64,000 nt of DNA, taken from the NCBI GenBank assembly GCA_965220765.1, contig OZ244847.1, positions 2,862,066 through 2,926,065 of the forward strand, written 5' to 3'. A program made the position numbers and the translations under genes. Positions within the stretch are counted from its first letter, which is position 1, and each line of letters begins with the position of its first letter. This stretch comes from Candidatus Latescibacterota bacterium. GTDB taxonomy: Bacteria; Latescibacterota; UBA2968. The notes below the pieces were generated by a model. That model was not told the origin of the DNA and did not search any database. It was given only the letters and a program-made list of their open reading frames with translations. Of the stretch, positions 9,170 to 18,769 are shown in pieces.

Positions 9170-10512
9170 GCGAGCAAATCCAGATTCCAGAGCCAGCAAC
9201 AACCCGCAAAGTGTGGAAGGAAACAGATGTTGGTAGCGTATTTGTTTCCAATTATCCGCCTTACTCTTTCTGGCGCGATGAAAATACGGCGCAGATTGAA
9301 GAGATGTTGCACACATCCGATTCGGGGGATAGAGAAATATCGCTGGGCCTTTACATGCATATTCCATTTTGTCGAAAGCGGTGCAAGTTCTGTTATTTTC
9401 GGGTTTATACAGATCGCAATAGTGCTGAAATTCAAACGTATTTAGATGCTCTGGCAAAAGAGGTGGAAACATATAGTACCTTGCCCCGTATTGCAGGTCG
9501 AAAATTGCACTTTGTTTATTTTGGTGGTGGTACGCCGTCTTATATTAGTGTCAAACACTTAAAGGCTCTGGTTGACCGGGTCAAGGCTGTGATGCCGTGG
9601 GATGATGCGGAAGAGGTGGCATTTGAGTGTGAGCCTGGTACGCTTTCACAGTCCAAAGTTGAGGCTATTCGGGAAATTGGCGTCACGCGCTTGAGCCTGG
9701 GTTTGGAGAACTTAAACGACGATATTTTGCGGGAGAATGGTCGCGCACACGTCAGCAAAGAAATATACAGGGCTATGCCGTGGGTCAAGGCGCAGGAATT
9801 TGCACAGGTCAATGTGGATTTAATCTCCGGTATGGTCGGGGAATCGTGGGAGACGTGGCGGGATACAGTGCAGGGCACCATTGATCTCGATGCGGATAGC
9901 GTTACTATCTATCAGATGGAATTGCCGTTTAATACGACGTATTCAAAAGCCATACGCGATGGAGGAGGTTTGCCTGTCGCAGATTGGGCCACCAAGCGCG
10001 CGTGGCACAATTATGCGATTGAAGAGTTTGCCAAAGCGGGTTATGAAACATCGAGTGCTTATACGCTGGTCAAAAAAGGGCGCTTGAATAAATTTGTCTA
10101 TCGAGATGCTCTGTGGCGCAGCGCGGATCTCATCGGTACGGGTGTGGCTTCTTTCTCTCATGTGGGTGGTATGCATTTTCAAAACCAGACGCATTGGGAT
10201 CCCTATATCGAAACTGTTGGAAAAGGGCAGCTTCCGATCAATCGCTCTTTTGTTCCTACACGCGAAGAACGGCTGATCAGAGAGATGATTTTGCAACTCA
10301 AGCTGGGGCGGATTGAAACAGCGTATTTTCAGGATAAATTTGGTGTCAATATTTTGCACCAATTTGGTGAAGCCTATCAAAAACTCAGGGATTACGAGAT
10401 GCTGGATTTTGACTCGGAAAGTATCACTCTGAGTAGAGAGGGACTTTTGCGTGTCGATCAATTGCTCCCCGAATTTTATCACGAAAAGTATCGCAATTCG
10501 CGTTATACATGA
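9166..10512 (+). CDS. HemN-family radical SAM enzyme (oxygen-independent coproporphyrinogen-III oxidase-like)
   Basis: CX3CX2C motif as CRKRCKFC at nt 9370-9393. HemN-type motifs YFGGGTPS and LSLGLENLND, plus a HemN_C-like tail. ATG at 9166 overlaps the upstream stop (ATGA). There are no additional Cys clusters. Confidence 0.9.
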   Translation: MSEQIQIPEPATTRKVWKETDVGSVFVSNYPPYSFWRDENTAQIEEMLHTSDSGDREISLGLYMHIPFCRKRCKFCYFRVYTDRNSAEIQTYLDALAKEVETYSTLPRIAGRKLHFVYFGGGTPSYISVKHLKALVDRVKAVMPWDDAEEVAFECEPGTLSQSKVEAIREIGVTRLSLGLENLNDDILRENGRAHVSKEIYRAMPWVKAQEFAQVNVDLISGMVGESWETWRDTVQGTIDLDADSVTIYQMELPFNTTYSKAIRDGGGLPVADWATKRAWHNYAIEEFAKAGYETSSAYTLVKKGRLNKFVYRDALWRSADLIGTGVASFSHVGGMHFQNQTHWDPYIETVGKGQLPINRSFVPTREERLIREMILQLKLGRIETAYFQDKFGVNILHQFGEAYQKLRDYEMLDFDSESITLSREGLLRVDQLLPEFYHEKYRNSRYT

Positions 10513-10543
10513 GCGATCAATTTCCACTAACTATGGAGGATTT

Positions 10544-11785
10544 ATGAAATACGGGCATTATTTGTTAATCGCTGTTGTTTTGTGCTTTTCTCCCGCACAC
10601 GGAGATTGGCCCCAGTGGTTGGGCCCCAACCGGACGGGTATTTCATCTGAAACGGGATTGTTGACAACCTGGGCAAAAGATGGGCCAGCGGTTGTGTGGC
10701 AAAAAGAACTCGGTGAGGGGTTTTCCGGTATTTCGGTCGCGGATGGACGGGTTTATACAATGTTCTCTGCTGGGGAGGATGAATTTGTCATTTGTCTGGA
10801 AGAAAAAACGGGTGAGGAAATCTGGCGTTTTAAGACAGGTGCCAAATTCTATGAGCGTCAAGGTGGGAACGGTCCCCGTTCTCAGCCCACTGTGGATGGC
10901 GAGCGGGTTTTTGTGCTCAGTGCCGAAGGCTGGTTGTATGCGCTCAATGCAAAAGATGGAAAAAAACTGTGGTTGGTCGATCTCTATGATGGGTTGGGCA
11001 GTCGCGTGCCAAAATTTGGTTTTTCGACGTCGCCGCTGGTCGAAGGCGATTTATTGCTCTTAGAAGTGGGCACACGGCAGGGGACGTTTATCGCTTTGGA
11101 TAAGACAAATGGTGCTCTCAAGTGGGCGTCTCAACGAGATATCGTGTCTTATTCATCGCCCATTGTTGTAGATATTGCGGGTATTCGTCAGGTGGTTTTT
11201 GTTTCGGGTGAAGCAGCGGTTGGGCTTTCTCCCACTGATGGCTCGCTTTACTGGCGATTGCCCTGGCACACATCTTATGATCTGAATGTTGCCACGCCAA
11301 TTTTTGTGGCTCCAGATCGTATATTTATTTCTTCGGGTTATGACCACGGGGCAGCCTTGTTGCAAATTGAACCGCAGGGAGATGGTTTGAGCGTTAAAAA
11401 AGTGTGGGAAAGCCGCGGTATGAAAAACCATTTTGGCACATCGCTCCTGATCGGCGATTATATCTACGGTTTTGACAATGCAATTTTGAAATGTATTGAA
11501 GCAGAGACTGGCAAAGAACAGTGGCGACGCCGGGGGTATGGCAAAGGGACGCTTATTTTTGCCGATGGACAGTTGATCATTTTGAGCGATAAGGGCAAAC
11601 TCGCATTGGCAGATGCATCGCCCATGAATTTTAGTGAAAAAGTCAGTGCACAGGTGCTTTCGGGCAAATGCTGGACACCACCAACACTTGCCAATGGGAA
11701 AATATTTGTGCGCGATATGCACAGGATTGTATGCATGGATGTATCAGAGCCGCAGACGAAATCTGCGGACACGGAGAGCGAGTAA
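10544..11785 (+). CDS. Exported PQQ-like beta-propeller repeat protein
   Basis: ATG at 10544 follows GGAGGA. Signal peptide MKYGHYLLIAVVLCFSPAHG is followed by DWPQWLGPNRTG, which is typical of this family. Blade repeats follow (VYTMFSAGEDEFVICLEEKTGEEIW, VFVLSAEGWLYALNAKDGKKLW, and others). Confidence 0.85.
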   Translation: MKYGHYLLIAVVLCFSPAHGDWPQWLGPNRTGISSETGLLTTWAKDGPAVVWQKELGEGFSGISVADGRVYTMFSAGEDEFVICLEEKTGEEIWRFKTGAKFYERQGGNGPRSQPTVDGERVFVLSAEGWLYALNAKDGKKLWLVDLYDGLGSRVPKFGFSTSPLVEGDLLLLEVGTRQGTFIALDKTNGALKWASQRDIVSYSSPIVVDIAGIRQVVFVSGEAAVGLSPTDGSLYWRLPWHTSYDLNVATPIFVAPDRIFISSGYDHGAALLQIEPQGDGLSVKKVWESRGMKNHFGTSLLIGDYIYGFDNAILKCIEAETGKEQWRRRGYGKGTLIFADGQLIILSDKGKLALADASPMNFSEKVSAQVLSGKCWTPPTLANGKIFVRDMHRIVCMDVSEPQTKSADTESE

Positions 11786-11834
11786 TAGTCGGAAGAGGCC
11801 GGGGGACTGATATCTGACACTTGGAGAAGTCACT

Positions 11835-13961
11835 ATGCGTTATTTTCGACAGTTTTTGATTTTTACCTGTATTCTGGGCCTGACGAGTAATCTTATTTTT
11901 GCGCAAAATACAGAAGAGGTAGAGAAGAAGGAGGAGGAAGAACTGCCCGTTTATGCGGGGGAAGAGATTGTGGTGACGGAGAGCAAGGAAAAAGTGCCTA
12001 CCGTGAGCACTATCGCGATGAAGGTTCCCGTCCCAATCCGTTTGACACCGGCGAGTATCGGGGTTGTCAATCACGGGTTGTTCCAGCACCAGAGCGGTGT
12101 GGTTTTGGGGGATGCGCTTCGAAATGTGAGCGGGGTCAATATCCAGACCGTATTTGGCGTTACGGATTTCTTCGTCATTCGCGGGTTCGATTCGCTTTCC
12201 AGCGGGCTGGTGCTCACCGATGGCGCGTCTGAGCCAGAAGCTACGTTTTACAATCTTTACAATCTGGAGCGCGTGGAGGTGCTCAAGGGACCAGGCGCAT
12301 TTTTATACGGCGGCAACCCGCTTTCTGGATCGGTGAACCTGAGTCGCAAACAACCGATTTTTACAAATGCGCTCCAGGTCGGTGGTTCTTACGGTCCGTA
12401 CAACACGGGGCGCGGAACAGTAGATGCAAATTGGGCGGATATTGATCAGGGTATTGCCTTGCGCGTCAATGCACTACGGCAGGTATCTGATAGCTATCGA
12501 GATGATAAAGACAGCGGTTTGTGGGCTGTGAATCCCGCGGCGACGTGGCGGCCCAGTGACAAAACCACAGTGACCGCCAATTTTGAATATGTCACCAGCA
12601 GGTACAAATCGGATGCGGGGCTTCCCATTATCAATGGGGTGGTCGCTGATGTGCCGCGTACGCAATCGTATCAATCGCCTTTTGATGCGTCAGATCAAGA
12701 GATTTATCGGGCGCGCGTCGATCTCCACTCTCGCTTGTCGAGACAGGTCACGTTTCGCAATAAGCTCTATTATACCGACTTTTCATGGATATCCCAGGGT
12801 ACGTTGTTCAGCGGCGTTTTTCCCAATGCTCAGGGGAGTCTGGACATTTTGCGCTCACTTGTTCTTTTGGATGATCGCCAGAAGGTTTTAGGCAATCAGT
12901 TTGAGTTTTTATCTACATTCCGCACAGGGCACGTAGAACACACCTTGCTCACCGGACTGGAACTGATGCAGTGGAAAGATAAATTTACTTTAGATGTGGC
13001 GGCCTTGCCCAATATCGATGTGTTCAACCCCGTGGAAACCGCGAGTCGGCCATTTTTTATTATTCCGGGGCAATCGCAGGGGGCGGATTCAAAAAGCCGT
13101 GTTGTCGCGCCTTATGTCGTGGATCGCATTGTCTTTTGTCCCTGCTATGAGGCATTTGTAGGTGTGCGATATGACCGCATTGATTACGATGATCCCGTGA
13201 CTTCTACGTCGCGTAATTACAACAAACTGAGTCCTATGGCCGGCATGGTGGTTTCATTTAAGGATGTTCTCTCGTTGTACGCCAATGTGGGTAAAGCATT
13301 CGCGCCTCCTTCGAGCCTGGTCGCAGGCCCGCGAGAGACCGAGGAGAGTTTCCAGATGGAAGTGGGCGCGAAAAAATTCCTGATGGACGACCGCTTGCAC
13401 GCGAGCCTCGCAGTTTATCATTTGTCAAAGAACAACATCGGAATCCCCGATGCGACGGGTGTCACACAGCAAGATGGCGATCAACGGTCTCGCGGTGTCG
13501 AGGCCGAGGTGATGGTGCGCCCCTTGAGAAATTGGCATACATTTTTGTCTTACTCATTTTCCAATGCCACACTCACGCGCTTTACGGAGTTTGTTCCCGT
13601 GTTCACGCAAACGGGTATTACATACCAGCTTATGGACCGTTCGGGAAATAGGGCGGCTTTTTCGCCGCGCCATATTTTCAATGTGTGGACGGCGAGAGGA
13701 TTTGACAATGGGGTGGAATTTGGGGTTGGCGCGCGCTATGTCACCAACCAGTTTATTGCTGCAGATAATCAATTTCAAATTGGGGATGTGCTGACGCTGG
13801 ATGCATCCGCGTCTTATATGTACAAGCAGATAAAATTTCGCGTCAATGCCAAAAATTTGACCAATCGGGAATACGAAACGCAGGGTAGCCTTGGCGCCCC
13901 TACCTCAGTTATACCGGCCAATCCATTTGGCCTATACTGTGCTTTTGAAGTTAATATTTGA
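11835..13961 (+). CDS. TonB-dependent outer-membrane receptor
   Basis: Signal peptide MRYFRQFLIFTCILGLTSNLIFAQ. Plug-domain motifs are present (GDALRNVSGVN, FVIRGF, LERVEVLKGPGAFLYG), followed by a long beta-barrel region of about 550 aa. Confidence 0.9.
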   Translation: MRYFRQFLIFTCILGLTSNLIFAQNTEEVEKKEEEELPVYAGEEIVVTESKEKVPTVSTIAMKVPVPIRLTPASIGVVNHGLFQHQSGVVLGDALRNVSGVNIQTVFGVTDFFVIRGFDSLSSGLVLTDGASEPEATFYNLYNLERVEVLKGPGAFLYGGNPLSGSVNLSRKQPIFTNALQVGGSYGPYNTGRGTVDANWADIDQGIALRVNALRQVSDSYRDDKDSGLWAVNPAATWRPSDKTTVTANFEYVTSRYKSDAGLPIINGVVADVPRTQSYQSPFDASDQEIYRARVDLHSRLSRQVTFRNKLYYTDFSWISQGTLFSGVFPNAQGSLDILRSLVLLDDRQKVLGNQFEFLSTFRTGHVEHTLLTGLELMQWKDKFTLDVAALPNIDVFNPVETASRPFFIIPGQSQGADSKSRVVAPYVVDRIVFCPCYEAFVGVRYDRIDYDDPVTSTSRNYNKLSPMAGMVVSFKDVLSLYANVGKAFAPPSSLVAGPRETEESFQMEVGAKKFLMDDRLHASLAVYHLSKNNIGIPDATGVTQQDGDQRSRGVEAEVMVRPLRNWHTFLSYSFSNATLTRFTEFVPVFTQTGITYQLMDRSGNRAAFSPRHIFNVWTARGFDNGVEFGVGARYVTNQFIAADNQFQIGDVLTLDASASYMYKQIKFRVNAKNLTNREYETQGSLGAPTSVIPANPFGLYCAFEVNI

Positions 13962-13964
13962 ACT

Positions 13965-15236
13965 ATGCTTGACTTGACTACAGACCGAAATGCGCTCTGG
14001 CAGCGACAGTTAAAGCGGTTGCGAGGTATGCTGTCTCCAGTGCTGAATAGCAATGATTTTTATCGCGAGAAGTTGAACCGGGTGGGGATTTATCGACCCG
14101 AGGATATTCAGACGCGCGATGATTACAGGCTGTTGCCCTTCACGACTAAAGCTGAATTATCGGCTGATCAGATGGCGTATCCACCTTATGGCAGCAACGT
14201 GACTTTTCCGCCAGATCACTATATCCGCGTCCATCAAACATCGGGGACTACGGGAGAGCCTTTGAACTGGTTGGATACGGTAGAGAGTTGGGATTGGTTT
14301 GCGCGTTGCTGGACTTATGTGTATCGCGGGGCGGGCGTGACGGCAAATGACAGATTGTTTTTTGCCTTTTCTTTTGGTCCTTTTATTGGATTCTGGAGCG
14401 GGCATGAAGGCGCGCGTTTAATGGGGACGATGGCCATCCCTGGAGGTTCCATGTCCTCAATTCAGCGTTTGCAAGCGATTCGGGATCATGGGGCTACTGT
14501 TCTTGTCTGTACGCCGACGTATGCCCTGCATCTGGCAGAGGTGGCTGAGGCAGAAGGCATTGATATTGCAGGTGGGACTGTTCAGACCACGATTCACGCA
14601 GGCGAACCCGGTGCGGGATTGCCTGCGACCAGACAGCGCATTGAGGAGGCCTGGGGCGCGCGTTGTTATGACCACGCGGGGGCGACTGAGGTGGGTGCGT
14701 GGGGATTTGAATGTGCGTTTCGAGATGGCATGCATATAAACGAATCTGAATTTATTTGCGAAGTGATCGATCCCGATACGGGCGAGCAAGCGAGAGAAGG
14801 GGAGTTGGTGCTTACCAATTTGGGACGCGCTGGCATGCCCGTTATTCGCTATCGCACGGGAGATCGCGTAAAGCTGAATACAGAAATTTATGATTACGGT
14901 TCGAGTTTCTCGCGTCTTGAAGGAGGCGTGATTGGACGTATCGACGATGCGTTGATTATCCGCGGCGTCAATTTTTACCCCAGCGCGATTGAAAATATCG
15001 TGCGGGAATTTCCCGAAGTAACCGAGTTTGCAGTGGATATTTATCGGCAAGGCGAAATGGATGATATGAAAATTCGCATCGAATTAAATGGCGGAGAGGC
15101 GGGTGCAATTTCTGAGGCGATATCCAGAGAGGTGAGACATATTCTGGGCATACGCGCTGGCGTTCAAACCGTACCGCACAATACTTTGCCGCGGTTCGAG
15201 CTGAAAGCGAGACGATTTACGGATCATCGAGTTTAA
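13965..15236 (+). CDS. Phenylacetate-CoA ligase family / coenzyme F390 synthetase-like adenylating enzyme
   Basis: Motifs HQTSGTTGEPL (AMP-binding P-loop), YRTGDRV and GRIDDALIIRGVNFYPSAIE are typical of PaaK-type ligases. It starts 3 nt after the receptor gene. Confidence 0.9.
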   Translation: MLDLTTDRNALWQRQLKRLRGMLSPVLNSNDFYREKLNRVGIYRPEDIQTRDDYRLLPFTTKAELSADQMAYPPYGSNVTFPPDHYIRVHQTSGTTGEPLNWLDTVESWDWFARCWTYVYRGAGVTANDRLFFAFSFGPFIGFWSGHEGARLMGTMAIPGGSMSSIQRLQAIRDHGATVLVCTPTYALHLAEVAEAEGIDIAGGTVQTTIHAGEPGAGLPATRQRIEEAWGARCYDHAGATEVGAWGFECAFRDGMHINESEFICEVIDPDTGEQAREGELVLTNLGRAGMPVIRYRTGDRVKLNTEIYDYGSSFSRLEGGVIGRIDDALIIRGVNFYPSAIENIVREFPEVTEFAVDIYRQGEMDDMKIRIELNGGEAGAISEAISREVRHILGIRAGVQTVPHNTLPRFELKARRFTDHRV

Positions 15237-15240
15237 TTTA

Positions 15241-16503
15241 ATGGAAAGCGTTTCTATGATTTCAGATCATTACGATGTCATTGTCATTGGTGGGGGGCCT
15301 GCGGGAAGCACGACTGCCGCGCTGGTCGCTGAATATGGGCACCGCGTGTTGCTGCTGGAAAGGGAGGAATTTCCCAGATTTCAGATTGGTGAATCCCTGA
15401 TGCCGGGTACGTACTGGTCATTCAAACGACTGGGGCTGCTCGATAAGCTAAAAAAAAGTGCGTTTGTCAAAAAATACAGCGTCCAGTTCTTTAGCGGATC
15501 GGGAAAAGGTTCGGCGCCATTTTATTTTCACTTACACGATCCCCACGAAAGTTCGATTACATATCAGGTGTTGCGTAGTGAATTTGATCTTATGATGATG
15601 GACAATGCCCGTGAGAAAGGTGCCGAAGTTGAGCAGGGGGCGAGTGTGCATCAGGTGCATTTTAGCGGGGATAGGGCAACGGGTGTTCAGGTAAGATACC
15701 GCGATGGACAAATTAAAGATGTGTTTGCCAGTATTATCGTAGATGCGACGGGGCGAAGCGCGCTTATTTCGAGAAGGCTAAAGACCAAGACGATTGAGCC
15801 GAAGCTCAAAAAGGCGTCTATTTTCACGCACTACAAGGGCGCGTTCCGAGATGAGGGTATTGACGAAGGAGCAACGCTGATTTTACATACGCGAGATAAG
15901 GACTCCTGGTTCTGGTACATCCCGCTGCCAGATGATGTGGCCAGCGTGGGCGTTGTTGGGGGATTGGATTATTTGCTGCAAAACCGCAAGAGAACCCCTC
16001 AGGAAATTTTTGAAGAAGAGCTGGCAAAGTGCATCCGCATGGAAGAACGGCTCGCGGGAGCCGAGCAGTTGTTTCCCATGAAAGTCACGCAGGACTTTTC
16101 ATATCGGTCCAATACTGTCGCGGGCGAGGGATGGGTGCTGGTGGGCGATGCTTTTGGTTTTATCGATCCCGTTTATTCTTCGGGTGTGTTTCTCGCGCTC
16201 AAATCGGGCGAGATGGCCGCCGATGCGATACACGAAGCCATTGAGAAGCGCGATTTCTCTGCCGGTCAACTCGGCAAATGGGGGCCAGAATTTCTTCCGG
16301 GCATGGAGGCGATTCGCAAATTGGTCTATGCTTTTTATACCAAAGATTTCAGTTTTGCCAGATTTTTAAAAGCGCATCCAGAATGTATAGATGGCATTAT
16401 CAATATCTTAAAAGGCAATGTCTATCGCGAAGATGTCACCCCTATTTTTGAGCCTATGGGACAAATGTGCGATCTGCCCGAGACTGTGGATCACTATTCC
16501 TAA
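15241..16503 (+). CDS. FAD-dependent oxidoreductase with flavin-dependent-halogenase signature motifs
   Basis: GxGxxG motif (VIGGGPAGS, nt 15289-15306), FPRFQIGESL, Lys pair K77/K78 (FVKKYSVQF) and WxWxIP as WFWYIP (nt 15907-15924). Confidence 0.8.
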   Translation: MESVSMISDHYDVIVIGGGPAGSTTAALVAEYGHRVLLLEREEFPRFQIGESLMPGTYWSFKRLGLLDKLKKSAFVKKYSVQFFSGSGKGSAPFYFHLHDPHESSITYQVLRSEFDLMMMDNAREKGAEVEQGASVHQVHFSGDRATGVQVRYRDGQIKDVFASIIVDATGRSALISRRLKTKTIEPKLKKASIFTHYKGAFRDEGIDEGATLILHTRDKDSWFWYIPLPDDVASVGVVGGLDYLLQNRKRTPQEIFEEELAKCIRMEERLAGAEQLFPMKVTQDFSYRSNTVAGEGWVLVGDAFGFIDPVYSSGVFLALKSGEMAADAIHEAIEKRDFSAGQLGKWGPEFLPGMEAIRKLVYAFYTKDFSFARFLKAHPECIDGIINILKGNVYREDVTPIFEPMGQMCDLPETVDHYS

Positions 16504-16515
16504 TTCCTAATTATT

Positions 16516-17817
16516 ATGCGAATTGCTTATATTGCCGCGGGTGCGGCGGGTATGTATTGTGGCAGTTGTATTCACGACAATGCGCTGGCCTCAGCGCTTC
16601 AGCGCAAGGGAATAGATTTCGCGCTTATTCCGACGTACACGCCCCTGCGTACCGATGAACCGGGCGCGAGTATTGATCGGGTGTTTTACGGCGGCATAAA
16701 TGTTTATCTCCAGCAGAAAATGGGGATTTTCCGACACACACCCTCTTTTGTCGATAGATTATTGAATAGCCGAATACTGCTCAATAGTCTCGCACGTTTT
16801 AGTGGATCGACGCGCGCTGAGGACCTCGGCGCACTCACTGTGTCGGTTTTAGAGGGGGAAGACGGCGCGCAAAAAAAAGAACTCGCAAAGCTGGTGCGCT
16901 GGTTGAAAGAGGATTTTCGACCCGATCTTGTGCAATTGACCAATTCGATGTTTTTGGGCATGGCCAGAGAAATGAAACGGGAACTCGGTATTCCCGTTTT
17001 GTGTTCTCTGCAAGGTGAGGATATCTTTCTCGAAGGATTGATAGAACCTTACAGGTCGGACGCGCGGCAGTGCTTACGAGATCGAGCAAGAGATGTCGAT
17101 GGATTTGTCGCCACTTGCGATTATTATGCCGATTTTATGGCCGATTACCTCGATGTGCCGCGCAATCGGATTCACGTCGCGTCTTTGGGTATCAAATTAG
17201 ACGGGCATGGGGAAAGCGATGTAAAGCCGGCCCCATCGCCTTTTGCGATTGGTTATCTCGCTCGGATATGTCCCGAGAAGGGGTTGCATGTGCTGGTCGA
17301 TGCGTTTCATCAACTGGCTGAACAAGTCGGTGTGGAGAATGTAAGACTCAGTGTTGCCGGTTATCTGGGACAAAGAGACGCGCCGTATTTTCAGCACGTA
17401 TGCGAACAAATTGCATCCCGGGGACTTTCCGATGTTTTTGATTATCGCGGGGAAGTCAATCGAGAAGAAAAAATTGCATTCCTGAATGGCATCCATATCT
17501 TATCTGTGCCAACGCCTTATAAAGAGCCTAAAGGGCTATCGCTGCTCGAAGCTATGGCCAATGGCGTTCCCGTTGTTCAGCCCCGGCACGGTATTTTTCC
17601 AGAGTGGATTGAAAAAACGGGTGGGGGAATTCTGGTAGAACCGGATTCTTCAGAGGCATTGGCGGCAGGGTTGCTGCGGATGATGAACGACGCAGAGGGG
17701 CGAGAGGCGATGGGGCAAAAAGGTAAAGAAGCAGTGCATCAAAATTTTAGCGACGACGATATGGCGGAAGCAACACTGGCGGTATATCGACAGTATGTGA
17801 CGGATTCAAAAACTTAA
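16516..17817 (+). CDS. Glycosyltransferase, GT4-like (GT-B fold)
   Basis: The C-terminal retaining-GT motif region EPKGLSLLEAMANGVPVV (E-x7-E) is present. The N-terminal Rossmann half carries an unusual CGSC motif. Confidence 0.85.
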   Translation: MRIAYIAAGAAGMYCGSCIHDNALASALQRKGIDFALIPTYTPLRTDEPGASIDRVFYGGINVYLQQKMGIFRHTPSFVDRLLNSRILLNSLARFSGSTRAEDLGALTVSVLEGEDGAQKKELAKLVRWLKEDFRPDLVQLTNSMFLGMAREMKRELGIPVLCSLQGEDIFLEGLIEPYRSDARQCLRDRARDVDGFVATCDYYADFMADYLDVPRNRIHVASLGIKLDGHGESDVKPAPSPFAIGYLARICPEKGLHVLVDAFHQLAEQVGVENVRLSVAGYLGQRDAPYFQHVCEQIASRGLSDVFDYRGEVNREEKIAFLNGIHILSVPTPYKEPKGLSLLEAMANGVPVVQPRHGIFPEWIEKTGGGILVEPDSSEALAAGLLRMMNDAEGREAMGQKGKEAVHQNFSDDDMAEATLAVYRQYVTDSKT

Positions 17818-17830
17818 TACAGGAGGGCAA

Positions 17831-18322
17831 ATGCCGACTTCATCTACTGGACTTACGTGGTTGATTTTTGCGTTGTTGACTGTGGGATCGTGGGGTTTGT
17901 ACGGGATTTTTCTGCATACTGGTCAGATCGCTATGGGCGATCCCGAAAATGGACGCTATAAGGCGTTTCTGTTTGTGGGTATTGCCTATCTTGTGACGGC
18001 TGTTATTGGATCTCTCATTGTGCTGGCTATCAACGGATCGGACTGGTCATTTCCGACAAAGGGGCTGACATGGTCGCTGCTGGCTGGTACTGTGGGTGCT
18101 ATTGGCGCGTTTGGTGTGCTCCTCGCCTTTGGCGCTAAGGGGACGCCACCCGTGGTTATGTCCATTGTTTTTGCCGGCGCGCCTATGGTCAATGCTATCG
18201 TCTCTCTCATTATGCATCCGCCAGCAGGTGGATGGGGCGGTTTGAACTGGCAATTTGTTTTGGGTATTATATTGGCTGCGCTGGGAGGGTGTCTGGTGAC
18301 CTTATTTAAACCTTCGTCTTGA
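17831..18322 (+). CDS. Small integral membrane protein (about 5 TM, DMT/EamA-half-like)
   Basis: Five hydrophobic Gly/Ala-rich segments. It is tightly packed between the GT4 and thioesterase genes. There is no diagnostic motif. Confidence 0.65.
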   Translation: MPTSSTGLTWLIFALLTVGSWGLYGIFLHTGQIAMGDPENGRYKAFLFVGIAYLVTAVIGSLIVLAINGSDWSFPTKGLTWSLLAGTVGAIGAFGVLLAFGAKGTPPVVMSIVFAGAPMVNAIVSLIMHPPAGGWGGLNWQFVLGIILAALGGCLVTLFKPSS

Positions 18323-18333
18323 TAGATAGCACT

Positions 18334-18750
18334 ATGCACAGTGAATTTCACACCACTCGCAGGGTAGAATTTTCCGATACGGACATGGCCGGGATTGTAC
18401 ACTTTTCCCGGTTTTTTGTCTTTATGGAAGCGGCCGAGCATGCTTTTTTGCGCGCGTTGGAGACGAGTGTTTCAACAGAATGGGATGGAAATAAAATTGG
18501 ATGGCCGAGGTTGGAGGCAACATGTACATATCTCAGTCCAGCCGTATTTGAAGATGTGCTGGATATTCATCTGAAGGTGATACGCAAAGGTACAAAATCC
18601 CTGACCTATCGGTTTGATTTTTTTCGCGGAGAAACGGCTATTGCCAGCGGAGAATTGAGTGTGGTATGTTGTATATGCAATCCCGGCGAAAAAATCAGGT
18701 CCATACCGATTCCAGATTTTATTGCGGATCAGATTCAGGTCTCGGAATAG
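18334..18750 (+). CDS. Hotdog-fold acyl-CoA thioesterase (4HBT/YbgC-like)
   Basis: The motif VEFSDTDMAGIVHFSRFF carries the catalytic-Asp signature of 4HBT-type thioesterases. The size is about 138 aa. ATG at 18334 is preferred over the listed TTG at 18319. Confidence 0.85.
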   Translation: MHSEFHTTRRVEFSDTDMAGIVHFSRFFVFMEAAEHAFLRALETSVSTEWDGNKIGWPRLEATCTYLSPAVFEDVLDIHLKVIRKGTKSLTYRFDFFRGETAIASGELSVVCCICNPGEKIRSIPIPDFIADQIQVSE

Positions 18751-18769
18751 TATATTTAAGAGGTCGCAA

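Noticed and set aside
9166-10512. The radical SAM enzyme as the missing anaerobic sulfatase-maturating enzyme for the three Cys-type sulfatases.
   Set aside because: anSMEs carry a SPASM domain with additional Cys clusters. This protein has only the CX3CX2C triad plus one isolated Cys, and it has HemN-type motifs and a HemN-type tail.
11786-11834. A riboswitch (for example cobalamin or another ligand) upstream of the TonB-dependent receptor.
   Set aside because: The gap is only 49 nt and contains the ribosome-binding region, which is too short for any known riboswitch aptamer. The receptor appears co-transcribed with upstream genes.
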